A DNA stretch of 63,992 bases, counting the filler, from Intoshia linei (taxonomy: Eukaryota; Animalia; Orthonectida): assembly GCA_001642005.1 (NCBI GenBank). It is 3 parts of 3 records of this genome, joined end to end, with 100 filler letters (N's around TTAATTAATTAA, not from the genome) between each part and the next. Parts side by side here need not be neighbours in the genome. Positions count along the whole stretch, not along the records: positions 1 to 28,743 come from LWCA01000411.1; 2 more parts are not named here. One strand, written 5' to 3'. A program made the translations under genes and the position numbers. The notes under the pieces were generated by a model, which was not told the DNA's origin, ran no database searches, and was given only the letters and a program-made list of their open reading frames with translations. Shown here piece by piece: positions 1-12,370 of the stretch. The stretch's first letter is position 1; each line of letters starts with the position of its first letter.

Positions 1-451
1 TGACCATACTTGTCTTTATTAACTTCTGTTACAGCATACTTAGCCCAGGTTTTTTTAAAATTTGCATGCACAGATTCTGAGGCTTGTTCAGACCATATAC
101 TAAGTGCTGATTTATTTTCCTCACAAAAATCAGAGATATGGAAAAAAATAGCGTGGAGTTTTAGAGTTATTCTTATGTTACTCTTGCAAAATTAAATTTG
201 TTAAAATGTTGAACTATGATTCATTTTCAGTATTTCAATGAAAATATTTATATTCAGTATAAAATGTTAAAAAAATGAAAATTTAAATAATTTTTTGCAT
301 TAAAATTTACATTACTTTCATTTAAAAAAACCCTACTAAGAATTTTTTTAATTTTGTTTTAAAAATACTTCAGAAAGTGTACCGGTTCAGAAAATGTATA
401 ATTTGTAGACTTACAATTTTTTTCATCTAAAATTTATTCAGACAGGCTGTG
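1..451 (-). mobile_element. Internally deleted Chapaev/Transib-like (CMC/RAG-related) DNA transposon remnant inside the sorting nexin intron
   Basis: The minus strand at ~2-183 reads SNIRITLKLHAIFFHISDFCEENKSALSIWSEQASESVHANFKKTW. This matches the H-x4-H...G/S-x-W-S-E-Q-x2-E-S-x-H catalytic region of Chapaev/Transib/RAG1-type transposases. A candidate terminus 5'-CACAGCCTGTCTG starts at 451 on the minus strand. Confidence 0.55.
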
Positions 452-1253
452 CACTATGATAAAATGCAATTACCGGCCGGATTTGGCCGGCTGGCAGTAG
501 TTTAGTGGCCACTGATGTAAGATGTTGGAAAACTAGTAATATCCTTGCCATTTAAGACTACATCAGTGGATAAAGACATTTTAAGGCTCACATCCCCACA
601 ATACAAAATAAGTAAGTGCAAATTTTTTTTGTCTACAAAATAATATATTTACATTTTTAATAATGTTGGTTGCAGCGCTCCTAAATATTTAAAACACCCC
701 GGGGGAAGCTAATGCTGACGTTGAGAACCACTGTTATACATGATGTATAATAATTAAAACTGAGGTTTATTCAAACTAATACTTTGAAAATTTAGTTATA
801 TTCATTAATTTTTAAAATTTAACTTTAAACCAAATTGTAAGATGATAATATCTATCAAAAATAAGTATTGCACCATTTTACTATATTTTTCATTTTTTAA
901 TTTCTCTAATACTCAAAATAACGAAACCATAACTTAATTCAATATATAGACATGCATTTTATGTCTTAACTTAACTTGTTAAGACCATGAGTATCAAAAA
1001 AATAACATGTACCATACTATGTTTTATTAAAACGCAAAAAAATAAAAAATAAAGTTCAGTTTTAATTTTTATATGATGATATTAATCCTCTTATCTACAA
1101 TGTTGTGCCCGCTTTAAACCGAAATGTAAATGATACATTTGGTCACCATATAATTTCGTATATGAACTTAAATAGTTTCTACTCTTAAATGTCCCGATTA
1201 ATTTCCTAACGTGAAACACCCAAATATACGTTATTTATGTTATATAATTATAC

Positions 1254-3417
1254 CAGTTGCATTTTTTTCGGGAAGTTGTGGAATACTAATGCATCTAAAA
1301 GTCTGTATCATGATACTTCTTAACCATTCAAAATGTTTATATCTTCGGCGAACAACTGTATATTTATTCTAATATAAAATAATCATTTTGTTTATTAACT
1401 TATACGTTATTATATTACATCGGGCACTCAAATTATTTGTATTATTCATGACATGCCCCAAGTACAACATATTCAATATACAAAATGTACGGAATAAAAA
1501 TAAAAATCCAAATCCAAATCCAAATAATCATTTCGATTAGAAATAAAATTAAATTTTCTGAGTTTAAATGTGATATAACAACCTGTACCAAAAATTGAGT
1601 GGATTTAAGTAATATAAGATTGGGAGAATTTAGCCATTCCAAAATTTAATCACAAGCCAACTAGTTTATACAAAGTACAGAATGGACAAGCTAGTGTAAA
1701 ATAAATTAAATCATTTGAAAACTCTACAGAACAAATCAATTTACAATATTTTCGAAGCCCACATATTAATTATCTTGAGAAAGCCCATTTTACATTTTAT
1801 AATAATTACCAATATATTATTAATATATACATTAATATAACGTGTTAAAATTACTTTATGAGAAAAATTTGATCGAATTATATATGTTGTAAAAGTTTTC
1901 AATCCTTTTAATTTGCTTTCTTTTTGTGGTTTCGAAACTTCTACATCTACTTTGTAATCACTTCCCTGCCAAATTACGCAATTTTTTTCAAACTAATTTT
2001 TTTTAAAATTGAAATGTATTATATATCTATAATCAATAAGTATACAGTCTTATTCTCGTTAACAGAATTTTTAAAATTAAAAGGATTAAAATTAAAATTT
2101 TCAATTTTGAGAAATTAAAGTTCTAAACTTTTTAAAAATATCATAGTCTACCAGGAAAAGAACTATAATTATTGTTAAACTAAATTACCACAACGTTAAT
2201 AGTTTTGACTATATCACTTGGAACATAAAAATATTCTTCCAATTCAGTTCTTTCTTTTTTTCTTAAAATCAAAGTAAATATGATAAAAAATATATTCAAG
2301 ATACATGGTGTAAGATAATGCTGTTCAGATTATCATTCTGCAACAATGAAACGTTGTAAAAATGGAATTTAATTTTATAAAATAAATCGTATTAGTTTAT
2401 TACATTGAACCAGTGGTTTTCAACCGGAGGTCGCGAACACAAAAAGGTTGAAAACCACTGCACTAATCAACACTGTTAAAAATATTAAACACCTTCTAAT
2501 CAAACTTAAGGATAATAATATCAACAATTATAATTATTATTAATAATTATGTAAATACCCAATTTTATTATTTGACGTGTTTTTTTTATTAATTATACTT
2601 TCCTGCCTTGGTCGAATTTTGGTATTTTTTTGATCATCACTCTATTCATTTTTATTAATGAAAAATGAACAAAATAATACTTGATCAGATTCTTCCCATA
2701 TATATAAATCTTCTTTTTCGTTACCATCTTCAAAATCAGAAATTTGATTTTGATTTTCATTTAGATTGTCGAAAGTAAAGTGATCGTCAAGTTTTTGATT
2801 AATATTAAAATCACTAATGGGTTGGTCGTTATCATTTATTATCTTTAAATTATAATTTAATGATTTATATTTTATATTATTACTTCAACATAAGATGACG
2901 GTATCAATCCACACTCATTATTATCGTTTCTACCAACAAACCATCCATTACCGTTATCCTAGATAATAGATATATATATTTCTGTTAAATGTTCAATATT
3001 ATTATAATAATTATTTATATATACTTTTTATATGCATATAGTTGCGATATTTACGTTAAAACTATACTTTTTCACTTTTGTATTAATAAAAATTCTTATA
3101 CTTAAAAGACTGTTGATCATAGAAAATAAATTATACTTAAACAATGACTTTGGTGTTTAGGTTATATATATTTATCTGAATTTTCAGGTATATCATTTGT
3201 GTTTTTGGTTAGCGGTATAGCTTGGATGTTCTATAACATTATTGCATACTATTATAATAAATATTACTTGTTCCATAACTTCCACAACATCTCCAAGTGT
3301 GCATGATAATTCGCTGTTTATTTCTGCATCAAAATTATAAAGAACTTTAGCCTATCGTGAGAGTTAATTAAATTTATTTTAGCAACTTCATTGCAATTTT
3401 TTATGTTTTACCTTCAT
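1254..3417 (-). CDS. SNX9: Sorting nexin of the SNX9/18/33 (SH3-PX-BAR) family, 5' part; continues beyond the left edge
   Basis: Spliced exons: 3412-3417 (MK), 3268-3351 (AKVLYNFDAEINSELSCTLGDVVEVMEQ) and 2884-2958 (DNGNGWFVGRNDNNECGLIPSSYVE) form the SH3 domain. Acidic low-complexity exons lie at ~2600-2843. ~1850-1992 (WQGSDYKVDVEVSKPQKESKLKGLKTFTTYII) and 1254-1355 (VRRRYKHFEWLR...IPQLPEKNATG) form the PX domain. Borders are GT-AG; some middle junctions are uncertain. Confidence 0.9.
2411..2460. mobile_element. 50-bp hAT/Charlie-type MITE
   Basis: Perfect 15-bp TIR CAGTGGTTTTCAACC...GGTTGAAAACCACTG. Degenerate 8-bp flanks cattgaac/cactaatc. Confidence 0.75.
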
Positions 3418-3962
3418 TCAATTTGGTTCCGACAATGTATGTAAATATTTTTAACTAAACCCGTTAGTGATGTTAGTTTTTATTTATACAGGTGTTTGAG
3501 GTTTGTGTCAATATAAATTAAATAAATTTCATCTTCTAATTTGTAATTAACATTTTAATTTAATAACTAATTAGTTCGTTAAATTATATTCATTTAGTTT
3601 AAATTTTAAATCAAAAAAAATAAAACAATAAGTAGGTTGTAAATAGTTAATAAAAAGTTATTTTTATAATTTACAGGAAATGCGTAGATTTCTGGGTTTA
3701 AAATTGAGTATCTACAATTGTATATCAAGTGGAATAACCTGCATCAGAAACTTTTTTTAATTCTAGAACCAATAATATTTTCAATCTTTTCTTTCTATAA
3801 AATATTTTTCACATAAAAAAAATGAATATAATGAAAATAAATATAAAATTCTAGGACTTTACTTTTGAAAAAAAGGGTTATATGGGGTATCTGACCATGA
3901 AGATGTAAGATTTTGAGGATGAGATTTACTACAATAGTAATGACCTTCCAACATGTCCCACA

Positions 3963-5069
3963 TAGTGATTGTGCCGGAAAAAAAACCGGGACAAAATTCC
4001 CGGAATCTCCCAAAAAAAATTGAGACATACCTGTATTTGATTTATATTTGTTATTACTATAAAAATATGATTATATTATAATATTTAAAATTTACCATTT
4101 CAAAAATCCCACCACTAATAAAATTTAATCAAAAATACCATTTCAAGCCCTCATGGAAAAATTAACTTACACCGATATTCTTATAANAAATATCCTTTTT
4201 CCAATACTTTTTTAAAAATTTCTTATTCCAATTACAAATTACTAACGCTTGAGGGAATTATCCTCTTTTTCCAATATTATTTTGAAANNNNNNNNNNNNN
4301 NNNNNNNNAAAATATCCTTTTTCCAATATTATTTTCAAAAATATTATGAGTTGTTACGAACTTTTACGCAACTAGAACGCTATCATTAAGATTGTTAAAA
4401 TTAAAGGAAGCCTTATGACCGTTCAACCTACGTCAACACAAAATAAAAGAAATTTCTCTACTGCNATTTTACGAAATCTTATGAAAAAAATCCACTTCAT
4501 CAAACCACAAATAAAAAATTTAATTTTCCAGTCTTTAATGGAAAAATATCCTTTTTCCAATACTTTTTTAAAAATTTCTTATTCCAATTACAAATTACTA
4601 ACGCTTGAGGGAATTATCCTCTTTTTCCAATATTATTTTGAAAAATATTATGAGTTATTACGAACTGGAACGCTATCATCAAGATTGTTAAAATTATAGG
4701 AAACCCTTATGAACGTTCAACCTACGTCAACACAAAATGAAAGAAATTTCTCTACTACTTATAATTTCGTTACAAAACGTAGAACGCGTTAAAAAGACGA
4801 ATCTATCAATATTACATGTATGTAATATGTATAATAAATAATATTGTATGTGTTTTGAAACACTTTTTCAACAATCTAAAATAAATAAATTTTTTTTTAA
4901 TTAAATTTGTAAATTTCAATTTAGTAATCAAATAAAATTTCTTTATGTTTCTATAATTTTTAATGTTTCTATTTTAGATGAATAAAAATTTTTTATTTTT
5001 CCCGGGAAATTAAAAATTAAATTTCCCGGTTCTCGACTTTTTTCATTTCCTGGGAAATCAGAATCACTA
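3963..5069. mobile_element. Non-autonomous TIR DNA element (TAGTGATT...AATCACTA termini); other copies at ~35696-38160 and an end at ~30925-30973
   Basis: Termini TAGTGATTGTG and CAGAATCACTA, with subterminal TTCCCGGG motifs. The internal sequence is near-identical to 37734-38160. Confidence 0.7.
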
Positions 5070-6212
5070 CTTATCATGCTTTTTTGATACTCCAAAAAAC
5101 AAATTAATTGTTAAATTTCAAAATCGTTTGTTTATAAAGAGGTTTTAATTTAGTATCTTTTTTTATTTCGAACTCATTTTATTAACATGATAAAAAAAAA
5201 CATTTGAAATGATTAACGGTCCTACAATTAAAAAAAAAAAGATTATTTTGATAAAGCTTATTCCAGTTGATATAACTATAATTTCAACCTCATAAATTTA
5301 TGCATTCCTGGTGAAAAATAACTTTTAATATATTTTCAACCAATATTTTTCAAATGTTTGGAATGTTAATAAAAAATGAGCATTTTCAAACTTCTACATA
5401 TTTACAATAAAGATATATGGGTGAAAATCTCTTAAATTGGTTACATCGGGTTTTTTTCATTGCTCCGCAATTTTTCATTTTCAAAAAGTTTAAAATGACT
5501 GTACTAAAACTACAAAAACAAAGTACTAAAAAGTACAAATTTGTTATTATCATTTTTATATTTATTACTATTTTGCTAAAATTCATCAGCAATATATATT
5601 TAAAGAGTTGATAACGTTAATTATTGATACATAATATTTTTTATTCATCTAAAGCAGATTTTGAATATATACCATCATATTCATAAAGAAAGTACCTGTA
5701 CCTGTATTTACAATTTAATTTTTTCTGGCTTTAAGCCTGTAAGCTAAATTTATTTATGAGGATTTTTAGGATTATTTACTTTTTTGACTTTATTTTTAAG
5801 ATTATACACTCATTTTCCCTAAAAAATTAAAAACATAGGATCACAAAATTATTTACACAAATGTTAATAAATTTTAAAAATGTACAAATTGAATCAGATT
5901 TTTTGTGAATAAGTTATTTCGTTTATATTTTAAGTTAAGTTTGTTATTTTTAGTCTTCAACCCAGCGTTTACGCACTGCGAACTTGCGATAGCCGAGACC
6001 CTCTTCTAATTGACTTAAAATGACATTATTTAGTAAAGACTACTTTACTAAATGTACTTTCGTAAAAAGTATCATTTATATTATAAATGAAAATATTTGA
6101 GTAGGATAGAATGAATTTTAAGTTTGTAAATAGATGTCACATATTCTATTCCATGAACTTTAAAGCAAATTTTAAAATGTTAAATCTACAAAAATAATTT
6201 GTATTTATTTAG

Positions 6213-7511
6213 CTGCGAAGGATGCAAAGGTTTTTTTAAAAGAACTGTTCGTAAAAACTTGGTTTATTCGTGTCGAGATGAGCGGAATTGTATTATTGAT
6301 AAGCGCCAACGAAATCGTTGTCAACATTGTAGATATAGAAAATGCATCAATACTGGCATGAAAAAAGAAGGTTTATATTAATGTTTTTAATTGTTTTTAT
6401 TATGTAAAATGATAACTCTGATCATTCATCTTTAATTTTGTTTAACCATAATGTAATTTCTCATGTCGCACTTGTTTAACAAAGAAACATTTATAACTTA
6501 TTTAGCTGTTCAAGAAGAACGTCGTCAAACTAGAATGCCAAACACAAATAAATTGGACGAACACGAAAAAGAAAATAATCCATTATACATAAATGGAGAC
6601 GCTGATGATGTCGCCCGCGTAATGAATTGTTATAAAATTGTTGAAAATTTCATGGAAAATGCTAAACTCAATACAGATATTCAGGTAGCCAATTAGTTTT
6701 TTAAATGTATTAAATTCACTCTAGTCTAATCGTTGGAATTTAATAATAGATTTAAGCAACAAATACATTTGCAGTTTGGTTTTATGGATTAAAAACCTGA
6801 AAATTGAAAAATTAACAATGCCCGACATTTTGGTGCTGATCAGACAAAGTAAAAATGTAATGTCATAATTCAATAATTTTAGACATGCTGGAACTGCAAA
6901 TTTTATATATTGCGTTTAAATCACGAAATTTAAATGATGCATTGTTCATGGACCCTCAATTGCATCTCTCTAAAAACTACTTATTATCCATTGGCTGTGG
7001 TCAGTTATACAACAGGATTAAAATGGAACTCATCATAAAACTAAACGAACTAAAAATGGATGAAAACGAATTCAACTTTATGAGTTTAATTATTCTTTTT
7101 AATCCTCTTTCAGAAGGATTAGACTTTACCATAAAACATTTTATCGGTAATTCACGAGATCAAGGTTATTTACTTTTATCTCAATATTGTAAAGTACACT
7201 ACCCAACCGATAGCAATAGATTTGCTCGCCTTTTACTTAGACTTCCAGGGCTAAGAAGTATTTCTCTCAAAGTTTACGAACAATTTGATATTAATAAGGC
7301 AAATTTTAATTGTCCTCCCTCAATTCTTTACGATGTGCTAGCCAATAAAGCTGATTATTTTGACCAAGCCGACATTGATGAAATTTACTTTACTAAACAA
7401 AAATTATTAATTTGCAAAACCGAAGGTTCCGTTAACTCAGAGTCTACTACTATTAACGACACGCACAATTCAAACGAAGTTGTATTAAATAATAATTCTA
7501 TTTTACGTTAA
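6213..7511 (+). CDS. RXR: Retinoid X receptor (NR2B) homologue; 5' exon(s) not found
   Basis: Exons 6213-6370 ([50 protein letters not shown]), 6506-6684 (AVQEERRQ T-box), 6725-6848 and 6883-7511 (LBD with ILFNP and [18 protein letters not shown]). Phases are consistent across GT-AG introns. Confidence 0.9.
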
Positions 7512-7541
7512 TATTGTACCATCCAATTAATAAAATTGTTA

Positions 7542-10500
7542 CTAAATGTCTATTTTTATTTTCAATTTTTTTTTATCAGGTTTAGGTGATTCATCATTGT
7601 ATCTTGAACTTTCAGGTTTTATACTAATGTCTCGAACTGCTCTGAATTCTCCGCCTAAATTTTTAATGAGATTGTCATTCTTTTATAAATTACAATTGTT
7701 GAGGTGTTCATTTTCTAGACGAAAAAAATTCCATATAAAACGTCTAAAAATTTCAATCACGGCAATCATTGTTGATAGATAGATATTGTATAATCCCTTG
7801 TATATCAAGACGTATGCTACAACCCATTGTAATCTTCCAAAGAAATTTGTTATGATGGCAAAATAATAGGCAAACTAAAAGATTTTTAAATGTACCAAAT
7901 GAATATGTATAACCTTACTATTGTACCCCATATCTTCTCGTAGTAAAATGGTATCAAATTTCCAGGTTTGAAATAAACTCCAGTCCATTAAATAGTCCCA
8001 TAATAATTTGTATAAAAATGACATGAACGCAGTTACAACAGCAACAATGAAAAAAACATTTGAAAATTTTGGATCTAGATATTTTTATTAGTTTTTTTTC
8101 GTTTATTATTACATTTTAGGCTCATGATAAAATAGACGCTTAGAAATATGATTGATATGATTTGACTAAAATATTTTCCAGCATTAACGAAATGAGGAAA
8201 GAATTTTTTAGTATCCCGGTATCTACGTAAACATTGAGCCATTCGAAGCCAGGATGGCAACATTGATGTTATTAATAATGATACATATTGTATATACTGA
8301 TCCATTTTTGGTTCAGCTAAAATAAAGTTAATGTAAAGTGGAAAATTATACGTCAACTGGAGGTTGTGATCCCTGATTTACGTTACATAACGGTTTTACT
8401 TAAGGCTGCTAACTGTTTTTTAATATTCTCATTATTTGAAGTTGTCCTTTATTATAAAAATTTTAATTTTGATTAGATTCGACACGGGATTGTCCACTCT
8501 GCATTTAGATTAGGTAAAAATTATTAATATGCATCATATCACATTATCGTCCCAAATCTTATCTATACCTACATATTATAGGCTACAATTATGGGGATTA
8601 GCGTAAAATTGTTAAAAAATTATAAAGTAGTGTAATGGTAGTTAGGTTAAAATAATATTCACGTATTTTAATTTTTTTAAACCGAGTTGACAACCTGAGC
8701 TTGACTATATTTGATATTAATAATAATAAACATACGTAGTGATGTGACAGTATAATCAAGAAGTATAAAATAATAAACAGCATATGCAATATCTTGGAAT
8801 AATACTGTTAAGCTAGTTAATTGGTCTGCTATCCAAAAATCAGAAAATGAAACTGGAAAATAGGGCGCCAAAAAGACTTTAAACTAGTCTAAATATATTT
8901 ATATTTATATAAAATTATACCAAGACAGTTATTAGCCATTTACGTGTTGAATGATAATATGTGTTGATCGGATTGAAAATTAAAAATAAAATAATAACAA
9001 CACAAAGTAAAGGATATACATAGCTAGGGATTGATGGAATTGGTTCATAGACACATACACACAAGAATGTTAAGCATATTAATATCAGAAAAGAAGATAT
9101 CTAAAATTAGGGATATACTAGGTTGACTGTTATGTACTACGTACCAACAGCACCTAGCTGTGGCGAAAGAACATTTTTATTCTATCAAAAAAATCAATTC
9201 ACGTTAAAAATTTAACTTAAACATCCTACTATTCACTATTATCAATCCTTTAATTGAGTCGTTCCCAACTTGTTTCAGGTACCACCGTCATATCACATTA
9301 CTTTTTACTTTACAATGAATTATTCCATTTTAAATTTTTTTTGTAAACATTTGCGTAAAGAATTTTAAAAAACAACTGTTATCCCAATTTTTTAAAACAT
9401 CCTAAACATTGTCATAAATAACATAAATTCCAAAAAAAATAGAATTATAATAACTTTTTTTAACCCTGAAGATATATTTTTTTTAAATTTAAATTTATAA
9501 CAATATTCATGATTTTGAAATCCGTATCAGAGTATATATTTTTTTAAATTCTCGCACTCGTTTAATTTTTAAAAAAAAAGGACAATTGGGCTTTTTGACC
9601 CGTAAGATGTGAGTTTGGGAGGTTGCAATTTATTTTGTTAACACCCCGGAAAAAACTGTAATTGAAATGTGGACTTTATAAAATTCTAAAACATTCAAAT
9701 TCAATTCAATTTACATTCATTTAATAAAGATTTTTATTACAACAAAAAAAATTCACTCTTTAATTTAAAAGTGAAAGTATAGGGATTCCCTGCTTATATA
9801 AAGTAATTTAGTTAAAAACGTATTACTATTAATTTATTTATTTTTCTATCTGTTACCATTTATCTAAGAAAGTAATAAGCTTATAGTTTCAAAAATTGCA
9901 TATTTCTATTACAGTTTTTAGAAAGTGATGTTTTATCGCAAATTTCAGTTTCCGAAATTAAGTCTTTCAAGGATTAAAAACCCTATTTATTTTTTATTTT
10001 TTTTAAAATTCAAACGAGTCCTAGAATTTAAACAAAATTATTATGATACAGTTATATCCAGTTAACACACATAAAAAATTTCAATCTGATTAAGTGACGC
10101 CTTCATGGTCAAAAAAACACTTTAGTATTCTTTTTTTTTTATTTCGAAATTATTTTATTAACACAAAAAATTTGAAATAAGTAATGGTTCTAAAATTAAA
10201 AAACATGTTTATTCTGATAGAGCTTATTCCACTTGATATAAATACAAAATTTCAACCCCAGAAACCTACATATTCCCGGTTAAAAATAACTTTTAATATA
10301 TTATCAACCAATATGTTTCAAATTTTCACTTTAAATTAAAAGGTAATATGAAATGATGGTTCCATGGTAAAACAAGTTTGGAAATTACTTCTTTAAAAGA
10401 TTGATAATAGTGAATAGTAGCATTTTTAAGTTACATTTTCTTATTGAATTTATTTTTTGGTAGAATTAAAAAAGTCTGCCCTCGGCAGATTAAGGTTCTG

Positions 10501-12370
10501 CTTGTACGTAGTACTTAATGGTCAACCTAGCTTTTATTATAAATTACTTCTAAGAGAGATATAAATCCCAAATTATCTCTAGGATTGACACCAAAAATCA
10601 GAACGTGATTAATTCCATGTTTTCTCCAGGTATAAGTATTTACACTCACACATAACAGGTGGAGGGATGGTATTATAGGTATTCTAAAAAGCTGGACCAA
10701 GCTAGGTAAATGAGTATTTTGCATGATTTTGCGTCCATCCTGAAATACTAAATTAATGACATCACTGAAAACTTTAATTAATTATTAATGTACAAATTTT
10801 AATTAATTAATTACTTAATTTTGTTAATGATAATAACATAGAAATTACGTTTTATTGTAATTAAAATGGTAATACAAGCAGACAATCCCAAAAACACACC
10901 AGTTCGAAATGATGCTGTAGGGTTTGCCTAAACAATGTATTATTACACAATTTATAACGAAACCTTTTCTTCTATGGGTGGTACACGTAATCGTTTCATA
11001 GCTTTGGATCTATCTTTATTTTCCAAGTGCTTAATAACTGCATCCTACATTTTTAATGTTAAATTAACTCATAATAATGTTTTTTATACAATTAGCCCAA
11101 AGGTATGTAAACTTTTTAAATTATGACACCTTTCCAATTTATCTGTCAAAACATTGTAATTAATATTTAATATATGGTTAATTGCTATATAGCCAAAGTT
11201 ATTATTAATCCTTAGTTATTTCCACTAACTTTTTTTAAATGTATGTCTGTGTGTCCACGTGTATGTTTGTTTGTCTGTCACATGTCTGTAACCATTTATT
11301 TAAAAAAGTAAAAGATGTAGAGTTTAAAAACGCCAATTTATAATACAATTTTTCGCGGGTGATGTTTTATCGCAAATTTTGTTTTCAGAAATTGAGTTCT
11401 TCAGGCCAAAAACCACAATTATTATTTTTTTATAAATCACCAATTCTTGAACTAAGGATAGTAAGCTGCAAAAGTAATACTTATGAACTTTTATATATTA
11501 TAAAAACCTCAGTATCTAAAATGAGTTTATTAATGTTGGTGTCCTTTTTAAAAAAGCTGTTATGAATATGTGTATCCATCCATTCACTTCCTTCATCACT
11601 TTGAAATATTTTGTCAAACTTTTTTAAAATTTTACGAAATCCGGTAAAATTTAATCTTTTAAAATCTTGTAAAATGGCTAATGAAAGGTAGTATTCGCTA
11701 AAGGCTAACTTTAAATGATGTCTATCCAAAACTGTCCTTTTTTCTCTGTCTAATTTTAAGTTATTTGTGTGTTTGCGTAGTCTTTTAAATATGTTTGCAG
11801 TGTTTATTTTCTTTTCTTTAGGTTTAGAGTTTTCTTCCAATTTTTCAAGGAATAATTTCAATAAATGTAATAAATCTTTCAAGCGGCGTTTAGCCTCAAT
11901 CAGTTTTTCTAAATTTTAGTTTCGGTTTTTAAGAATATTACATAGAAATACTTATCCTACCATTGAAATTGTATAAACCAATGTATTGGTCCATTAAAAT
12001 TTTAATAGTAACTACTCTTTCTGTTTTAATCTTAGTTTCATGCTTATTAATGTACCTTGATAAAAACTATCAACTTTTTCCAATTCCCGGTGACATGTAT
12101 CAAAGAAGAGATTTTTAATGTATTTACAACGTTCGTCTAAAAATTACTAACTGTAGTAAAAATTTAGAAAAATTATACTTTCATCAACAATTTCGGTAAT
12201 TTCACAAATTTCCACTTTAGAAATTTCATTTTGTCCGCTATAGATAATTTGTTTCATGTACTAAAACAATATCAAATTTATAATTCTCCCTCCAAATGTA
12301 CCTCATAATCAATATATTGTATACGCCATTCGGGAGTAATATGCGTAAATAAATGTTCCGCAAATTTCAT
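7542..12370 (-). CDS. XPR1: XPR1/SYG1 SPX-EXS phosphate exporter, multi-exon
   Basis: Starts [26 protein letters not shown] motif [31 protein letters not shown]; [10 protein letters not shown]; [12 protein letters not shown]; [13 protein letters not shown]; [20 protein letters not shown]; [29 protein letters not shown]. Stop at 7542-7544. Confidence 0.95.
9118..10530. mobile_element. Two back-to-back non-autonomous Helitron copies (9118-~9690 on minus; ~9787-10530 on plus) in an XPR1 intron
   Basis: Shared 3' end ...GTACGTAGTACATAACAGTCAACCTAG (CTAG terminus) in opposite orientations. Internal modules are shared with many other copies in the window. Confidence 0.65.

Noticed and set aside
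499-570. Inverted repeat CCACTGATGTA...TACATCAGTGG and CCGGCC repeats
   Set aside because: Short and adjacent to transposon ends; most likely subterminal TE sequence.
4180-4760. ~280-bp tandem duplication and ORF 4415-4699
   Set aside because: It flanks an N gap inside a repeat, and the paralogous copy at 37.9-38.2 kb has one unit. Probably mis-assembly; the ORF is non-coding repeat sequence.
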